Both the position numbers and the translations under genes were made by a program. From Phycisphaerae bacterium (lineage in GTDB: Bacteria > Planctomycetota > Phycisphaerae > Tepidisphaerales > Tepidisphaeraceae): a stretch of DNA of 24,813 bases. The stretch is taken from NCBI GenBank assembly GCA_050329715.1, contig JBHJOM010000135.1:1-24813 (forward strand), given 5' to 3'. The notes under the pieces were generated by a model that was not told the DNA's origin, did no database searches, and was given only the letters and a program-made list of their open reading frames with translations. Of this stretch, positions 1-7,796 are shown piece after piece (position 1 is the stretch's first letter; each line of letters opens with the position of its first letter).

Positions 1-924
1 AACCGCGTCCTTCAGAACGGCAACGCCGTCGGCCTGGTCGCCAAGGAGATGCTGGGCAAAACCCCCGAAAGCATCGAGGCGATCCGCCCGCTCAAGGAAG
101 GCGTCATCTCCGACTTTGATGTCACCGAGGCCATGCTCCGCTACTTCATCAAGCGGGCCAACGGGCACCGCAAGTTCATCAACCCGCGGGTGGTCATCGC
201 CATCCCCTCGGGCATCACCGCCGTCGAGAAGCGTGCCGTCTTCGAGTCCGCCGAGCGGGCCGGGGCACGTCGTGTCTACCTCGTCGAGGAGCCCATGGCC
301 GCGGCCATCGGTGCCAACCTCCCCGTCACCGAGCCGACCGCCAGCATGATCATCGACATCGGCGGCGGCACGACCGAGGTCGCCATCATCTCGCTGGCCG
401 ACATCAGCGTGTGCGAATCCGTCCGCGTCGCCGGAGACGATTTCGACGAGGCGATCATCGGGCACATGAAGCGGACCTACAACATGGCCATCGGCGAGCA
501 GATGGCCGAGCGCATCAAGATTCAGATCGGCTCGGCCGCCCCGCCGCCGGACGAGGACGTCGAGCCGACCATGGAAGTCAAGGGCCGCGACCTCATCAGT
601 GGGCTGCCCCGCCGCACGACCATCACCTCCGGCGAAATCCGCGAGGCGTTGCAGGAGCCGGTCACGGCGATCGTCGAGGCCGTCACCCGCACGCTGGAAA
701 TGGCCGCCCCCGAACTGGCAGCCGACCTCGTGGACAACGGCATCACCATGGCCGGCGGAAGCAGCATGCTTCGCGGCCTCACCACGGTCATCTCCAACGC
801 CACCGGCCTGGACACGCGCCTCGCCGAGGACCCGCTCACCTGCGTCGCCCGCGGCACGGCCGTCTACCTCGAAAACCTCGAAATGTGGAAAGACACACTC
901 GAGAACGAGTCCGACGACCACTAA
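1..924 (+). CDS. mreB: rod shape-determining actin homologue MreB, 5'-truncated at window edge (about 307 aa present)
   Basis: Frame 1 is open from nt 1; track ORF 49..924 is the in-frame Met-initiated tail. Translation (..LGKTPESIEAIRPLKEGVISDFDVTEAMLRYFI..IIDIGGGTTEVAIISL..DDFDEAIIGHMKR..GSSMLRGL) matches the actin-fold MreB/ParM phosphate and adenosine motifs. Stop TAA at 922-924. Followed by mreC. Confidence 0.9.
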   Translation, partial: NRVLQNGNAVGLVAKEMLGKTPESIEAIRPLKEGVISDFDVTEAMLRYFIKRANGHRKFINPRVVIAIPSGITAVEKRAVFESAERAGARRVYLVEEPMAAAIGANLPVTEPTASMIIDIGGGTTEVAIISLADISVCESVRVAGDDFDEAIIGHMKRTYNMAIGEQMAERIKIQIGSAAPPPDEDVEPTMEVKGRDLISGLPRRTTITSGEIREALQEPVTAIVEAVTRTLEMAAPELAADLVDNGITMAGGSSMLRGLTTVISNATGLDTRLAEDPLTCVARGTAVYLENLEMWKDTLENESDDH

Positions 925-998
925 CCCCGGCACCGGCCGACAGTGGAAAATCCCGGGAAACCCCCGACCCCGCGTCAACGAGCATGGGTGCCTGATCC

Positions 999-1856
999 TT
1001 GCCCCGTCCTACGCACATCTTCGTCATGCTAATGCTGCTGGCCGGCCTGAACGTGGCCGTTTTCCGCGGCTGGGCGGGCCAAACCGTCCGGGGGCACGCG
1101 CAAGCGCTCTTCGCGCCCGTCGCGGCACCGGTTAACGCAGGGCTCTCCTGGGCCGGGGACCTTGCCCGCGGCACGCCCGACGCCGCCAGCCCGGACGCGC
1201 CGCGCAGCATCGAAGACGTTCGCACTGAAAACGAGCAACTCCGCATCGAACTGGCCAGCCTCCGAGGCCAGCTCGAACGCCTCAAGGAAATCAACGCCGA
1301 CCGCGAACTGCTCGGCAACCTCCGCCAGCTCTGTAAGCCGGCCCGTGTCATCGGCGGCGGCGCGGGCGACCGCGAGGTGCTGCAGCTCCTGGCCGGCACC
1401 CACGCCGGCATCGGCCGGGGAAACCCGGTGCTCTACGGCGGCGGGCTGGCGGGCATCGTCACCGACGCGGGCCTCGCCTCCAGCCAGGTGCGCCTCGTCT
1501 CGGACCGCGACATGCGGATGACCATCACCTTCGGCCGTTACGCCCGCGACGACGCCGGGCAGACCACCTTCGACGTCTTCGAGGGCGTCGAGCGAACCCT
1601 GGTCGGCGTGGGGGACAACCGCATGCTCGTGAAGAACGTCGTCGAGCGGGACGCGCAGGCGACCGACCTCCGCCCCGGCGACTGGGCCGTGCTGCGCGAC
1701 GCCGAGTGGCCCGACGTGCTCCAGGGGTACAAGATCGGGCGTGTCGCGAGCATCGAGCCGCAATCGACCAACCCGGGCTTCGTCACCGTCGTCGTGGAAC
1801 CCGCCCGCGACCTGCGCGGCCTGCGCGACGTGATGGTGCTGACGGCAACCCGGTAA
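999..1856 (+). CDS. mreC: rod shape-determining protein MreC (short cytoplasmic N-terminus, one TM helix, coiled coil, beta domain)
   Basis: Track ORF 999..1856 starts at TTG 999; alternative ATGs at 1026 and 1032. Has N-terminal hydrophobic helix IFVMLMLLAGLNVAVF and coiled-coil ENEQLRIELASLRGQLERLKEINADRELL. The Gly-rich beta domain (VIGGGAGDREV..GIGRGNPVLYGGGLAGIVTD..) is typical of MreC. It sits immediately 3' of mreB. Confidence 0.75.
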   Translation: MPRPTHIFVMLMLLAGLNVAVFRGWAGQTVRGHAQALFAPVAAPVNAGLSWAGDLARGTPDAASPDAPRSIEDVRTENEQLRIELASLRGQLERLKEINADRELLGNLRQLCKPARVIGGGAGDREVLQLLAGTHAGIGRGNPVLYGGGLAGIVTDAGLASSQVRLVSDRDMRMTITFGRYARDDAGQTTFDVFEGVERTLVGVGDNRMLVKNVVERDAQATDLRPGDWAVLRDAEWPDVLQGYKIGRVASIEPQSTNPGFVTVVVEPARDLRGLRDVMVLTATR

Positions 1857-1884
1857 AGCGCGCCGAAAACCATCAGAAGGCATT

Positions 1885-1952
1885 AAGCCGCAGGCCGAAG
1901 GCCGCGCTTCCCCGCCCGGGGGAGAGCGCTGCCTTCGGCCTGCGGCTTTTTG
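1885..1952 (+). terminator. rho-independent terminator after mreC
   Basis: 18-bp perfect inverted repeat AAGCCGCAGGCCGAAGGC (1885-1902) / GCCTTCGGCCTGCGGCTT (1931-1948) with an internal GC-rich secondary palindrome, followed directly by TTTTTGG. It lies 29 nt after the mreC stop. Confidence 0.65.
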
Positions 1953-2073
1953 GTGCATCGCATCAACGCAGCTCAATGGTGCAACACAATCTCGAACGTG
2001 TCCCGACGTACGGCCGACCGGACCGGAACGCGAGGCCTGCTTGCGGTTCCTTGTTCCAACACAGGAGATTCGC

Positions 2074-2316
2074 ATGGTACGTTCAAGATCGTTCATCGCG
2101 GCGGTTGTCGCGTGTCTGGCAGGTTGCGGCGGGTGCCGCGTGGCAGAGTACGTCTCACCCGAGGGACACCGCCTCACGGTTGCCACCTTCGGGCTGGACA
2201 CGAAAATCGGGAGCTTCGAGCGCCGGCCCGACGGAACGGTGAACCTCGAGCAGTACGACGCCCAGGCCGAGAGCCTCCGCCTGGCGCGTGAAGCCCTGGA
2301 AGTTCTGGGGCGTTGA
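2074..2316 (+). CDS. small lipoprotein (80 aa), hypothetical
   Basis: ATG 2074 is preceded by AGGAG (2063-2067) at 6-nt spacing. N-terminus MVRSRSFIAAVVACLAGCGGC is a signal peptide with a lipobox-like LAGC. The track ORF begins at in-frame TTG 2041, but the SD favours 2074. Confidence 0.5.
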   Translation: MVRSRSFIAAVVACLAGCGGCRVAEYVSPEGHRLTVATFGLDTKIGSFERRPDGTVNLEQYDAQAESLRLAREALEVLGR

Positions 2317-2356
2317 TCACGACACACCGACATCCATCACGAAAGCACCAAACGCC

Positions 2357-3787
2357 ATGAAAGCACTTCAACTCACCGTCCTGCTAGCCTTCGCCTTTGT
2401 TTGCACGCCGTGGGCCGTCGCCCAGACACTCGTCTCAGAGACGATCGAGTACGACGCCGACGGGAACCCGACGCGGAAGCTGCTGACGTACGCACAGGCG
2501 CCGCAATCGCCGCCACCAACCGCCCCGCCGCCAACTACCCCAACGCCGGCCGTCCCGCCGCCAGCCGGGCAACCGCAGGCAGAGGACGTTGAAACCGTCC
2601 AACGCCGCGTCGGTCAGGCCGTCTTCGTCGTCGCGCCCGAGCTGCCGTCCGAAGAGATCCCGCAGCCTGACGCCTTTAACTGGGACTTTGGCAACCCCGA
2701 CGGCAAGTACAACCAACTGCCGGGCTTCAACGCCGCACACGTCTACGAGCAGCCGGGTGAGTACCTCGTCCGCTTCAACGGCGAGCCGTTCCTGCGCGTG
2801 GAGGTCGCCCCGGAGACGCGGCCGGTCATTCGTATCGGCTCCGACGGCGACGTGGCCGCGGTGGGCAAGCTGGCCGTCATTCCCGAGCACACGCAACTGC
2901 TCTTTCGCCGCGGCGAGAAGCACGCCATTGCCCGGGGCATGAGCATCACACGCGACGGCGTACTGATCGGCGCGTACGGCGAGGGCCAGAAGCCCGTGCT
3001 GGTCCACAACGCGATGGGCGGCCGTGTGATGTTCGACGTCAAGGCGAACAACTTCACGCTCCAGGACGTGACGATCGACAACGCCGAGGCCGGCCGAAAG
3101 GCGCGGGCGGACACCCTCAGCTTCACCGGCGTGGGCGCGACGATCCGCAACGTGACGGTGCTCAAGTCGCATACGTTCGTGAACGGCAACACAAACCCGA
3201 TCAAGGTGTACATTGAAGGCTGCGATGCGCCGGACCGCGACGGGCTGGTGAAGTACTTCCTCTGGGGCCAGGGCCGCGAGTTCGTGCTGCTGAACAACAC
3301 CGTCTCGAACAGCGCCGGCGAGCACTGCGTGCGCCTCAACGGCATGCACCGCGTGCTGCTCTTCGACAACGACCTGACGGAACTGAAGGACTACGGCCTG
3401 ATTAAAGGCACCGTCACCGGCCAGGGCGGCACGTACTACTGGATTGAGAACAACCGCTCCAGCGTTGGCGACTTGTCCGTCGGACCCATGGCCGACTACC
3501 CGGAGAATGCACCCAGCCGCACGCGTTACGTCGTGGTGCGCAACAACCGGATGCTGGCCGGCGGGGACCTGATCTTCGCCCACGGCACGGAGTACCTCTG
3601 GGCCGGGGGCAACACGGTGGAGCCGGTCGGCCATTCGCCGGGGGCGATTCAAGCAGGCATTTCCATTCAGGGCCATAGCCGCAAGTGGGGGCGTGCGCTG
3701 CAGCACGCGTACATCGAAGTACCGGCCCAGACGCGGCTGGAGACGTGGGACAACATCCCCGAGAGCGTGACGATCGTGAAAAAGTAG
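2357..3787 (+). CDS. secreted right-handed parallel beta-helix (PbH1) repeat protein with Pro/Thr-rich linker; possible glycan-active enzyme
   Basis: ATG 2357 is in frame with track ORF 2288..3787. Signal peptide MKALQLTVLLAFAFVCTPWAVAQ. Linker PQSPPPTAPPPTTPTPAVPPPAGQPQ. Repeated Asn/Thr ladder motifs typical of PbH1 coils (NNFTLQDVTIDN, IRNVTVLKS, FVLLNNTVSNS, VVVRNNRML). A short Ig/PKD-like segment (FNAAHVYEQPGEYLVRF) precedes them. Confidence 0.7.
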   Translation: MKALQLTVLLAFAFVCTPWAVAQTLVSETIEYDADGNPTRKLLTYAQAPQSPPPTAPPPTTPTPAVPPPAGQPQAEDVETVQRRVGQAVFVVAPELPSEEIPQPDAFNWDFGNPDGKYNQLPGFNAAHVYEQPGEYLVRFNGEPFLRVEVAPETRPVIRIGSDGDVAAVGKLAVIPEHTQLLFRRGEKHAIARGMSITRDGVLIGAYGEGQKPVLVHNAMGGRVMFDVKANNFTLQDVTIDNAEAGRKARADTLSFTGVGATIRNVTVLKSHTFVNGNTNPIKVYIEGCDAPDRDGLVKYFLWGQGREFVLLNNTVSNSAGEHCVRLNGMHRVLLFDNDLTELKDYGLIKGTVTGQGGTYYWIENNRSSVGDLSVGPMADYPENAPSRTRYVVVRNNRMLAGGDLIFAHGTEYLWAGGNTVEPVGHSPGAIQAGISIQGHSRKWGRALQHAYIEVPAQTRLETWDNIPESVTIVKK

Positions 3788-3908
3788 GCGGCGGGCCACA
3801 ACCACCCGACCGAAGTCGACCGACAGAAGCCGCCCGTCTCGGCCTTCGTCCCTTCCCTTCCGGGCGGGGCGTCGGCCGGCGGCTTCGACCGGCGGACGGC
3901 TGCGGGCT

Positions 3909-4973
3909 TCAACGCTCGCCGTGCAGCTGCAGGCTCAGGCGGTGGGCTTCACCATCGCGGCGGATGATGACGAGCGTCTCCCCTCTCGCGGCGGCGATCG
4001 CGGCCGAGAGGCTCACCAGGTCCTTCACCGGCATCCCGCCCATCGAGATCAGCTCATCCCCGGCGCGCAGGCCGGCTCGGTCGGCCCGGCTGTCGTTGAA
4101 AACCTGTTTCACCAGCAGCCGTGGCTCCGGCGGCAGCCCGCCGACGTGAAGCTCCGGACGCGCGCGCGTCTCGTCCAGCACCATCATCCCCAGGATCGGG
4201 CGGTTGGCCCGCCCGAACTCGACCAGCTGCTCGAGCACCGGCCCGCAGTCGGCAATGTGGACGTACTGCGCGTCCGGCGTGACATAACCCAGTAGTCCCG
4301 CGTCCTGCGCGTCAGCACGAAGGACCAGGCCCGGCTGCTGTCGGCCGCCGGTCCAGAGGCGCAGCTGTGCCAACTCGCGTCCGGCCGGGAGGAAGACGAC
4401 CTGCTCGCCGAGTTCAGGCCTGGCACGGGCCAGGCGGACGGTCGGCGGGAATGTGGCGGCGTCTTCAAGCCGCAGGAGTGTGAGGCGCGTCAGCACGTCG
4501 CTGCCGACGAAGCGTGCCGTAGCCCGCTCGCCGCCGGGCAGTTCCACCTCAAAGGCGATGTCCTGCGCCGCAGGCGTGTAGAGCGGTTGCGGCACCAGCA
4601 CGAGCCCCGGCGCGTGCGCGGCGGTGGCGACGGACCAGACCGCCTCGGGCAGCTGGGCGTTCGGGTCCGTCGGGTCGAGGGGGGTGCCGGCGCGCTCGGC
4701 GGCGGTGGGCGGAGCCTGCCCCGAAAGACGGTCAAAGTGCAGGGCCTGCGGGAGCGTCTCCCTCGGCAGGCGGACGCGGATCGTGGACCGCTCGAGCTTC
4801 TGCAGCAGGCCGCGCGTGTCCACGTCTTCGGACTCGAAGTAGTGGGCGTTGCTGGCTGCGGCATCGGCGGTCTGCGCGTCGGCGGTTTGCAGGCCGGCGG
4901 GCGAAGCGAGCAGGCCGGCGGCAAGGAGCAGGCCCGCCGAGCGGACGATGCGGTTGGGGTTGATCGAGTTCAT
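3909..4973 (-). CDS. periplasmic DegS/HtrA-like protein (trypsin fold plus one C-terminal PDZ), apparently catalytically degenerate
   Basis: 354 aa; ATG at 4973 lies 4 nt after the anti-sigma stop. Cleavable signal peptide (..LLAAGLLASPAGLQTADA-Q). Core matches the E. coli DegS protease core as I recall it (recalled from memory, not searched): FVGSDVLTRLTLLRL corresponds to the DegS 'LVGSDSLTDLAVLKI' block with Asp replaced by Arg. PDAQYVHIADCGPVL corresponds to 'TDASINHGNSGGALV' with GNSGG replaced by ADCGP (Ser to Cys). PDZ region GLRAGDELISMGGMPVKDL..ETLVIIRRDGEAHRLSLQL parallels the DegS PDZ. Confidence 0.75.
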   Translation of the reverse strand: MNSINPNRIVRSAGLLLAAGLLASPAGLQTADAQTADAAASNAHYFESEDVDTRGLLQKLERSTIRVRLPRETLPQALHFDRLSGQAPPTAAERAGTPLDPTDPNAQLPEAVWSVATAAHAPGLVLVPQPLYTPAAQDIAFEVELPGGERATARFVGSDVLTRLTLLRLEDAATFPPTVRLARARPELGEQVVFLPAGRELAQLRLWTGGRQQPGLVLRADAQDAGLLGYVTPDAQYVHIADCGPVLEQLVEFGRANRPILGMMVLDETRARPELHVGGLPPEPRLLVKQVFNDSRADRAGLRAGDELISMGGMPVKDLVSLSAAIAAARGETLVIIRRDGEAHRLSLQLHGER

Positions 4974-4977
4974 GGTG

Positions 4978-5625
4978 CTAGAAGCTCCCTGAGGCCCACA
5001 TGACCTCCGGCGGCTGGGGGGCCGGGCGGTTGGGGGTTACGCGTCGGCCGGGTGACTGCTCGGACGCCTGAGCGGTGAATGCCTGGAAGGCGGCCAGGTT
5101 CTCGAAGCGAAGGACGCGGACGACCTCGCCCCGGCCGTCGACGAGCGGCACCATGAGCATGCCCTCGCCGTCGGCGACTCCGCCGGCGTTGCCGACACTA
5201 GCCGGCAGACCAACAGACGTGCCGAAGCCGTTACCGGTAGCCAGACTCCTCCCACCAGCAACGCCACTGCCTCCGGCCGCACCGGGCTCGGCTGTGGTGC
5301 CGAGGTTGTGCTGCAGCAGGACGCCGAGCATGACACAAGCCGCCATGGCCGCGGCCGTGGTGAGCCACCGGCGGGCGGTTTCAAAGTCAATCCGCAAGGC
5401 CGGCGAGGGCTTGACCTCCGCCAGCCGCCGGCCGGCCGGCGCGCCGGCCTCCATCGCGGCGAAGGCCTCGCGCCTCACCTGACGCTCCGAGGCGAGCCGC
5501 TGCACGAGTGCGGCGAACGGCGGGTCGTCGGCGATGCGGTCGGCGACAAACTCGGCGGCCTTGGCATCGACCTCGTCGTCGAGGTACGCCTGGATCAGTT
5601 GGTAATCGTCATGTCGGGTGGTCAT
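4978..5625 (-). CDS. anti-sigma factor, single-pass membrane protein (cytoplasmic anti-sigma domain, TM, Gly-rich periplasmic tail)
   Basis: ATG at 5625. N-terminus MTTRHDDYQLIQAYLDDEVDAKAAEFVADRIADDPPFAALVQRL resembles ECF anti-sigma N-terminal domains. One hydrophobic helix WLTTAAAMAACVMLGVLLQH. Located immediately downstream of an ECF sigma gene. No HxxxCxxC zinc motif. Confidence 0.65.
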   Translation of the reverse strand: MTTRHDDYQLIQAYLDDEVDAKAAEFVADRIADDPPFAALVQRLASERQVRREAFAAMEAGAPAGRRLAEVKPSPALRIDFETARRWLTTAAAMAACVMLGVLLQHNLGTTAEPGAAGGSGVAGGRSLATGNGFGTSVGLPASVGNAGGVADGEGMLMVPLVDGRGEVVRVLRFENLAAFQAFTAQASEQSPGRRVTPNRPAPQPPEVMWASGSF

Positions 5626-5707
5626 GGGAAAGTCGCTTTCGTCAGTCGGTTCGCATCAGTCGGCGGTCGTCAGAGTCAGAATTAGGGCTCTTTGATGCTC
5701 TACTGTT

Positions 5708-5735
5708 TCATTACTCATTACTCATTACTCATTAC
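5708..5735. repeat. perfect heptanucleotide tandem repeat (TCATTAC)x4 in AT-rich sigma/anti-sigma spacer
   Basis: Read directly: tcattac tcattac tcattac tcattac at 5708-5735. Flanked by imperfect CTGCTGC-type repeats (5736-5760) and GTCAG/CAGTCGG repeats (5641-5680). Local drop in GC. Confidence 0.9.
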
Positions 5736-5768
5736 CTGCTGCCTGCTCCCTGCTGCCTGGCCCCCAAC

Positions 5769-6401
5769 TCACTCCTCGCCCGGCCGCACATACCCTTCGA
5801 GCAGGCCGGCCAGTTTCTTCCTCGCACGGTGGAGCCAGGTCTTGACCTGCGGGATGCTCGCGTCGAGCATCTGGGCGATCTCGGCGTAGCTCATGCCTTC
5901 GTACTCGCAAAGCACCAGAGCCGAGCGAAAGTGCGGGGGCAGTTGTTCGATAGCGGCACGCACGCGGGCAACGGTTTCGTCGGTGAGCATCGCCGACTCA
6001 GGGCGGGCGGCACCGGCGTCGGGCTGGTAGTCAACGATGCTGCTCATCGGCGGGCGACGCAGGATGCGCAGGGCCTCATTGACCGTCGCCCGCTTCAGCA
6101 GGCCGCCGGGTGTGCTCCAGTCATAGCGGTAACGGTGCCGGTAAAGGTTCAGCACGGCCTGCTGGACGACGTCCTCCGGGCCGGCCCGGTGCCCGACGAT
6201 GGCCCGGGCGATGGCGTGAAGCCGACGGCTGTGGTCTTGAACGGCCTGCTCGAAGAGACGGGTCGTCTCGTCGTCCGGGCGCGCCTGCGCGCCCGCCGGG
6301 CCGGTACCGCCGGCTGCTGCGTCCGGGAAGTTAAAGCTCAAAGCGCCGTCCACACTGGTTCTTCCGGATCGAGTTCTGGCCGGACCTGCCTGCCGGGGCA
6401 T
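5769..6401 (-). CDS. ECF (group IV) RNA polymerase sigma-70 factor
   Basis: Region 2 (LHAIARAIVGHRAGPEDVVQQAVLNLYRHRYRY) and region 4 HTH (FRSALVLCEYEGMSYAEIAQMLDASIPQVKTWLHRARKKL) are recognisable. First ATG at 6401; the track ORF starts at GTG 6416. About 50 aa precede region 2, so the true start may be further downstream. Confidence 0.85.
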   Translation of the reverse strand: MPRQAGPARTRSGRTSVDGALSFNFPDAAAGGTGPAGAQARPDDETTRLFEQAVQDHSRRLHAIARAIVGHRAGPEDVVQQAVLNLYRHRYRYDWSTPGGLLKRATVNEALRILRRPPMSSIVDYQPDAGAARPESAMLTDETVARVRAAIEQLPPHFRSALVLCEYEGMSYAEIAQMLDASIPQVKTWLHRARKKLAGLLEGYVRPGEE

Positions 6402-6561
6402 GCAGAAGTTGCACACCTCGCGGACACTGGTTGTAACATCCGTCTCCGGGCGGAAAGTTTCGCCCGATTTGCCAACGGCCGCTTTCGGCTGGTCTCGGCA
6501 ACGCGGGACGGGCTACGATCTTCCCGGCAAGCGACCGGCACACGTTTTATGAGGTTTTACC

Positions 6562-7770
6562 ATGTTTACACGATTGACTGCATCTCTGGCGTTGGGTGTC
6601 GCCGTGACGGCGGGGCTGGGTCACGCCTACGCGGCCGCCGCAGACGACCAGGCAAAGGACCAGGCCAAACAAGAGGTCCAGGAGTTGATCGACGGCGGGC
6701 TGGCGTTCCTCAAGAGCCAGCAGGCCGAGGACGGAGCCTGGATGAGCGAGCGCGGCGCCCCGGCGTACACGGCCCTCGCCCTGAAGGCCTTCGTGCAAGA
6801 ACCTGCATACAGCACGGACGATGACTTCGTGAAGAAGGGGTACGACGCCCTCCTGGGCTTCCAGTTGGCGGACGGCGGGATTTATGAGGACTTGCTGGCG
6901 AACTACAACACCGCGATCGCGCTGACGAGCCTCGTGGCCGCCGAGGACGAGGACTTTGCCCCGCAAATCGAGGACGCCGTGCGCTATTTGAAGCGCCTTC
7001 AGTGGACAACCGACACCATTCCCGAGCACGACGATGAACAGAAGGGGACCCAAATTGTACAAAGCGTGGACGACGCCTTCTACGGCGGCTGGGGCTACGG
7101 CGGCCGAAGCCGAGGCGCCGGCCGGCCGGATCTGTCCAACACCCACTGGTCCATCGAAGCCCTCCGGGACGCCGGCGTACCCGAAAACGACCCGGCCGTG
7201 CAGCGTGCCGTCGCCTTCGTGACCCGCCTGCAGAACAACGCCGAGACCAACCCCCAACCCTGGGCCGGGAACGACGGCGGCTTCATCTACAGCCCCAACG
7301 CCGACCGGACTTTTGAAAGTTTTGCAGGGGAATTCGTCACGCCCGACGGCGAACGCCGCCTCCGCAGCTACGGCTCCATGACCTACGCCGGGTACAAGAG
7401 CATGATCCACGCCGGGCTGACGCCCGAGGACCCGCGCGTCGCCGCGGCCCGCGAGTGGGTCGCCAACAACTGGACGCTGGACGTGAACCCCGGCATGCAG
7501 GTCGCCGACCCGGAGAAGGCTGACTGGGGTCTCTATTATTACTACCACACGCTGGCAAGGGCGCTGAACGTTGGCGAGGTCACCACGATCCAGACGCCGA
7601 CCGGCGAAGTCGACTGGCGCGTCGAATTCATCAGCAAAATGGCGGATTTGCAGCGTGAAGACGGCAGTTGGAACGGCGATAAGAAGTGGATGGAAGACGA
7701 CCCCGTGCTCGTCACCAGCTACGTCGTGCTCGCGCTTCAGGAAGCCCGCCAGAGCCTTGAAGGCGAGTGA
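6562..7770 (+). CDS. secreted prenyltransferase/squalene-oxidase-repeat (alpha/alpha-toroid, terpene-cyclase-like fold) protein
   Basis: ATG 6562 with GAGG 9 nt upstream. Signal peptide MFTRLTASLALGVAVTAGLGHAYAAA. Repeated Q/E-x-DG-x-W/Y motifs (QQAEDGAWMS, QLADGGIYED, LQREDGSWNG) are characteristic of squalene-cyclase/prenyltransferase beta-subunit repeats. Divergent from the ECF sigma gene. Confidence 0.75.
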   Translation: MFTRLTASLALGVAVTAGLGHAYAAAADDQAKDQAKQEVQELIDGGLAFLKSQQAEDGAWMSERGAPAYTALALKAFVQEPAYSTDDDFVKKGYDALLGFQLADGGIYEDLLANYNTAIALTSLVAAEDEDFAPQIEDAVRYLKRLQWTTDTIPEHDDEQKGTQIVQSVDDAFYGGWGYGGRSRGAGRPDLSNTHWSIEALRDAGVPENDPAVQRAVAFVTRLQNNAETNPQPWAGNDGGFIYSPNADRTFESFAGEFVTPDGERRLRSYGSMTYAGYKSMIHAGLTPEDPRVAAAREWVANNWTLDVNPGMQVADPEKADWGLYYYYHTLARALNVGEVTTIQTPTGEVDWRVEFISKMADLQREDGSWNGDKKWMEDDPVLVTSYVVLALQEARQSLEGE

Positions 7771-7796
7771 TAGGAACGCGATAGACGCAGCATGAC

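Noticed and set aside
2041-2073. TTG 2041 as the lipoprotein start, and TTG 8457 as the PAS start
   Set aside because: Both have downstream ATGs with properly spaced Shine-Dalgarno-like GGAG/GAGG. The TTG extensions add non-signal-like residues.
1029-2333. 434-aa ORF on the minus strand, plus similar long antisense or alternate-frame ORFs (836..1411-, 2435..3805-, 5508..6824+, 6547..7548-, 8878..9975-, 9959..10714-, 10958..12754+, 13909..14997+, 15403..16389+, 16443..17330+, 18660..19406+, 19414..20055-, 21401..23065-, 24210..24701-)
   Set aside because: Each lies antisense to, or out of frame within, a gene with clear family signatures. Their translations are Arg/Pro/Ala/Gly-rich low-complexity strings typical of stop-codon-poor frames in high-GC DNA.
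3826-3890. GAAGCCGCC / GGCGGCTTC inverted repeat between the convergent beta-helix and DegS-like genes, as a bidirectional terminator
   Set aside because: The 9-bp arms are separated by a roughly 40-nt loop and lack flanking T/A runs. Too weak to call.
5700-5760. Short direct repeats considered as a CRISPR array
   Set aside because: Units are 7 nt with no spacers, far too short for CRISPR repeats. Classed as a microsatellite.
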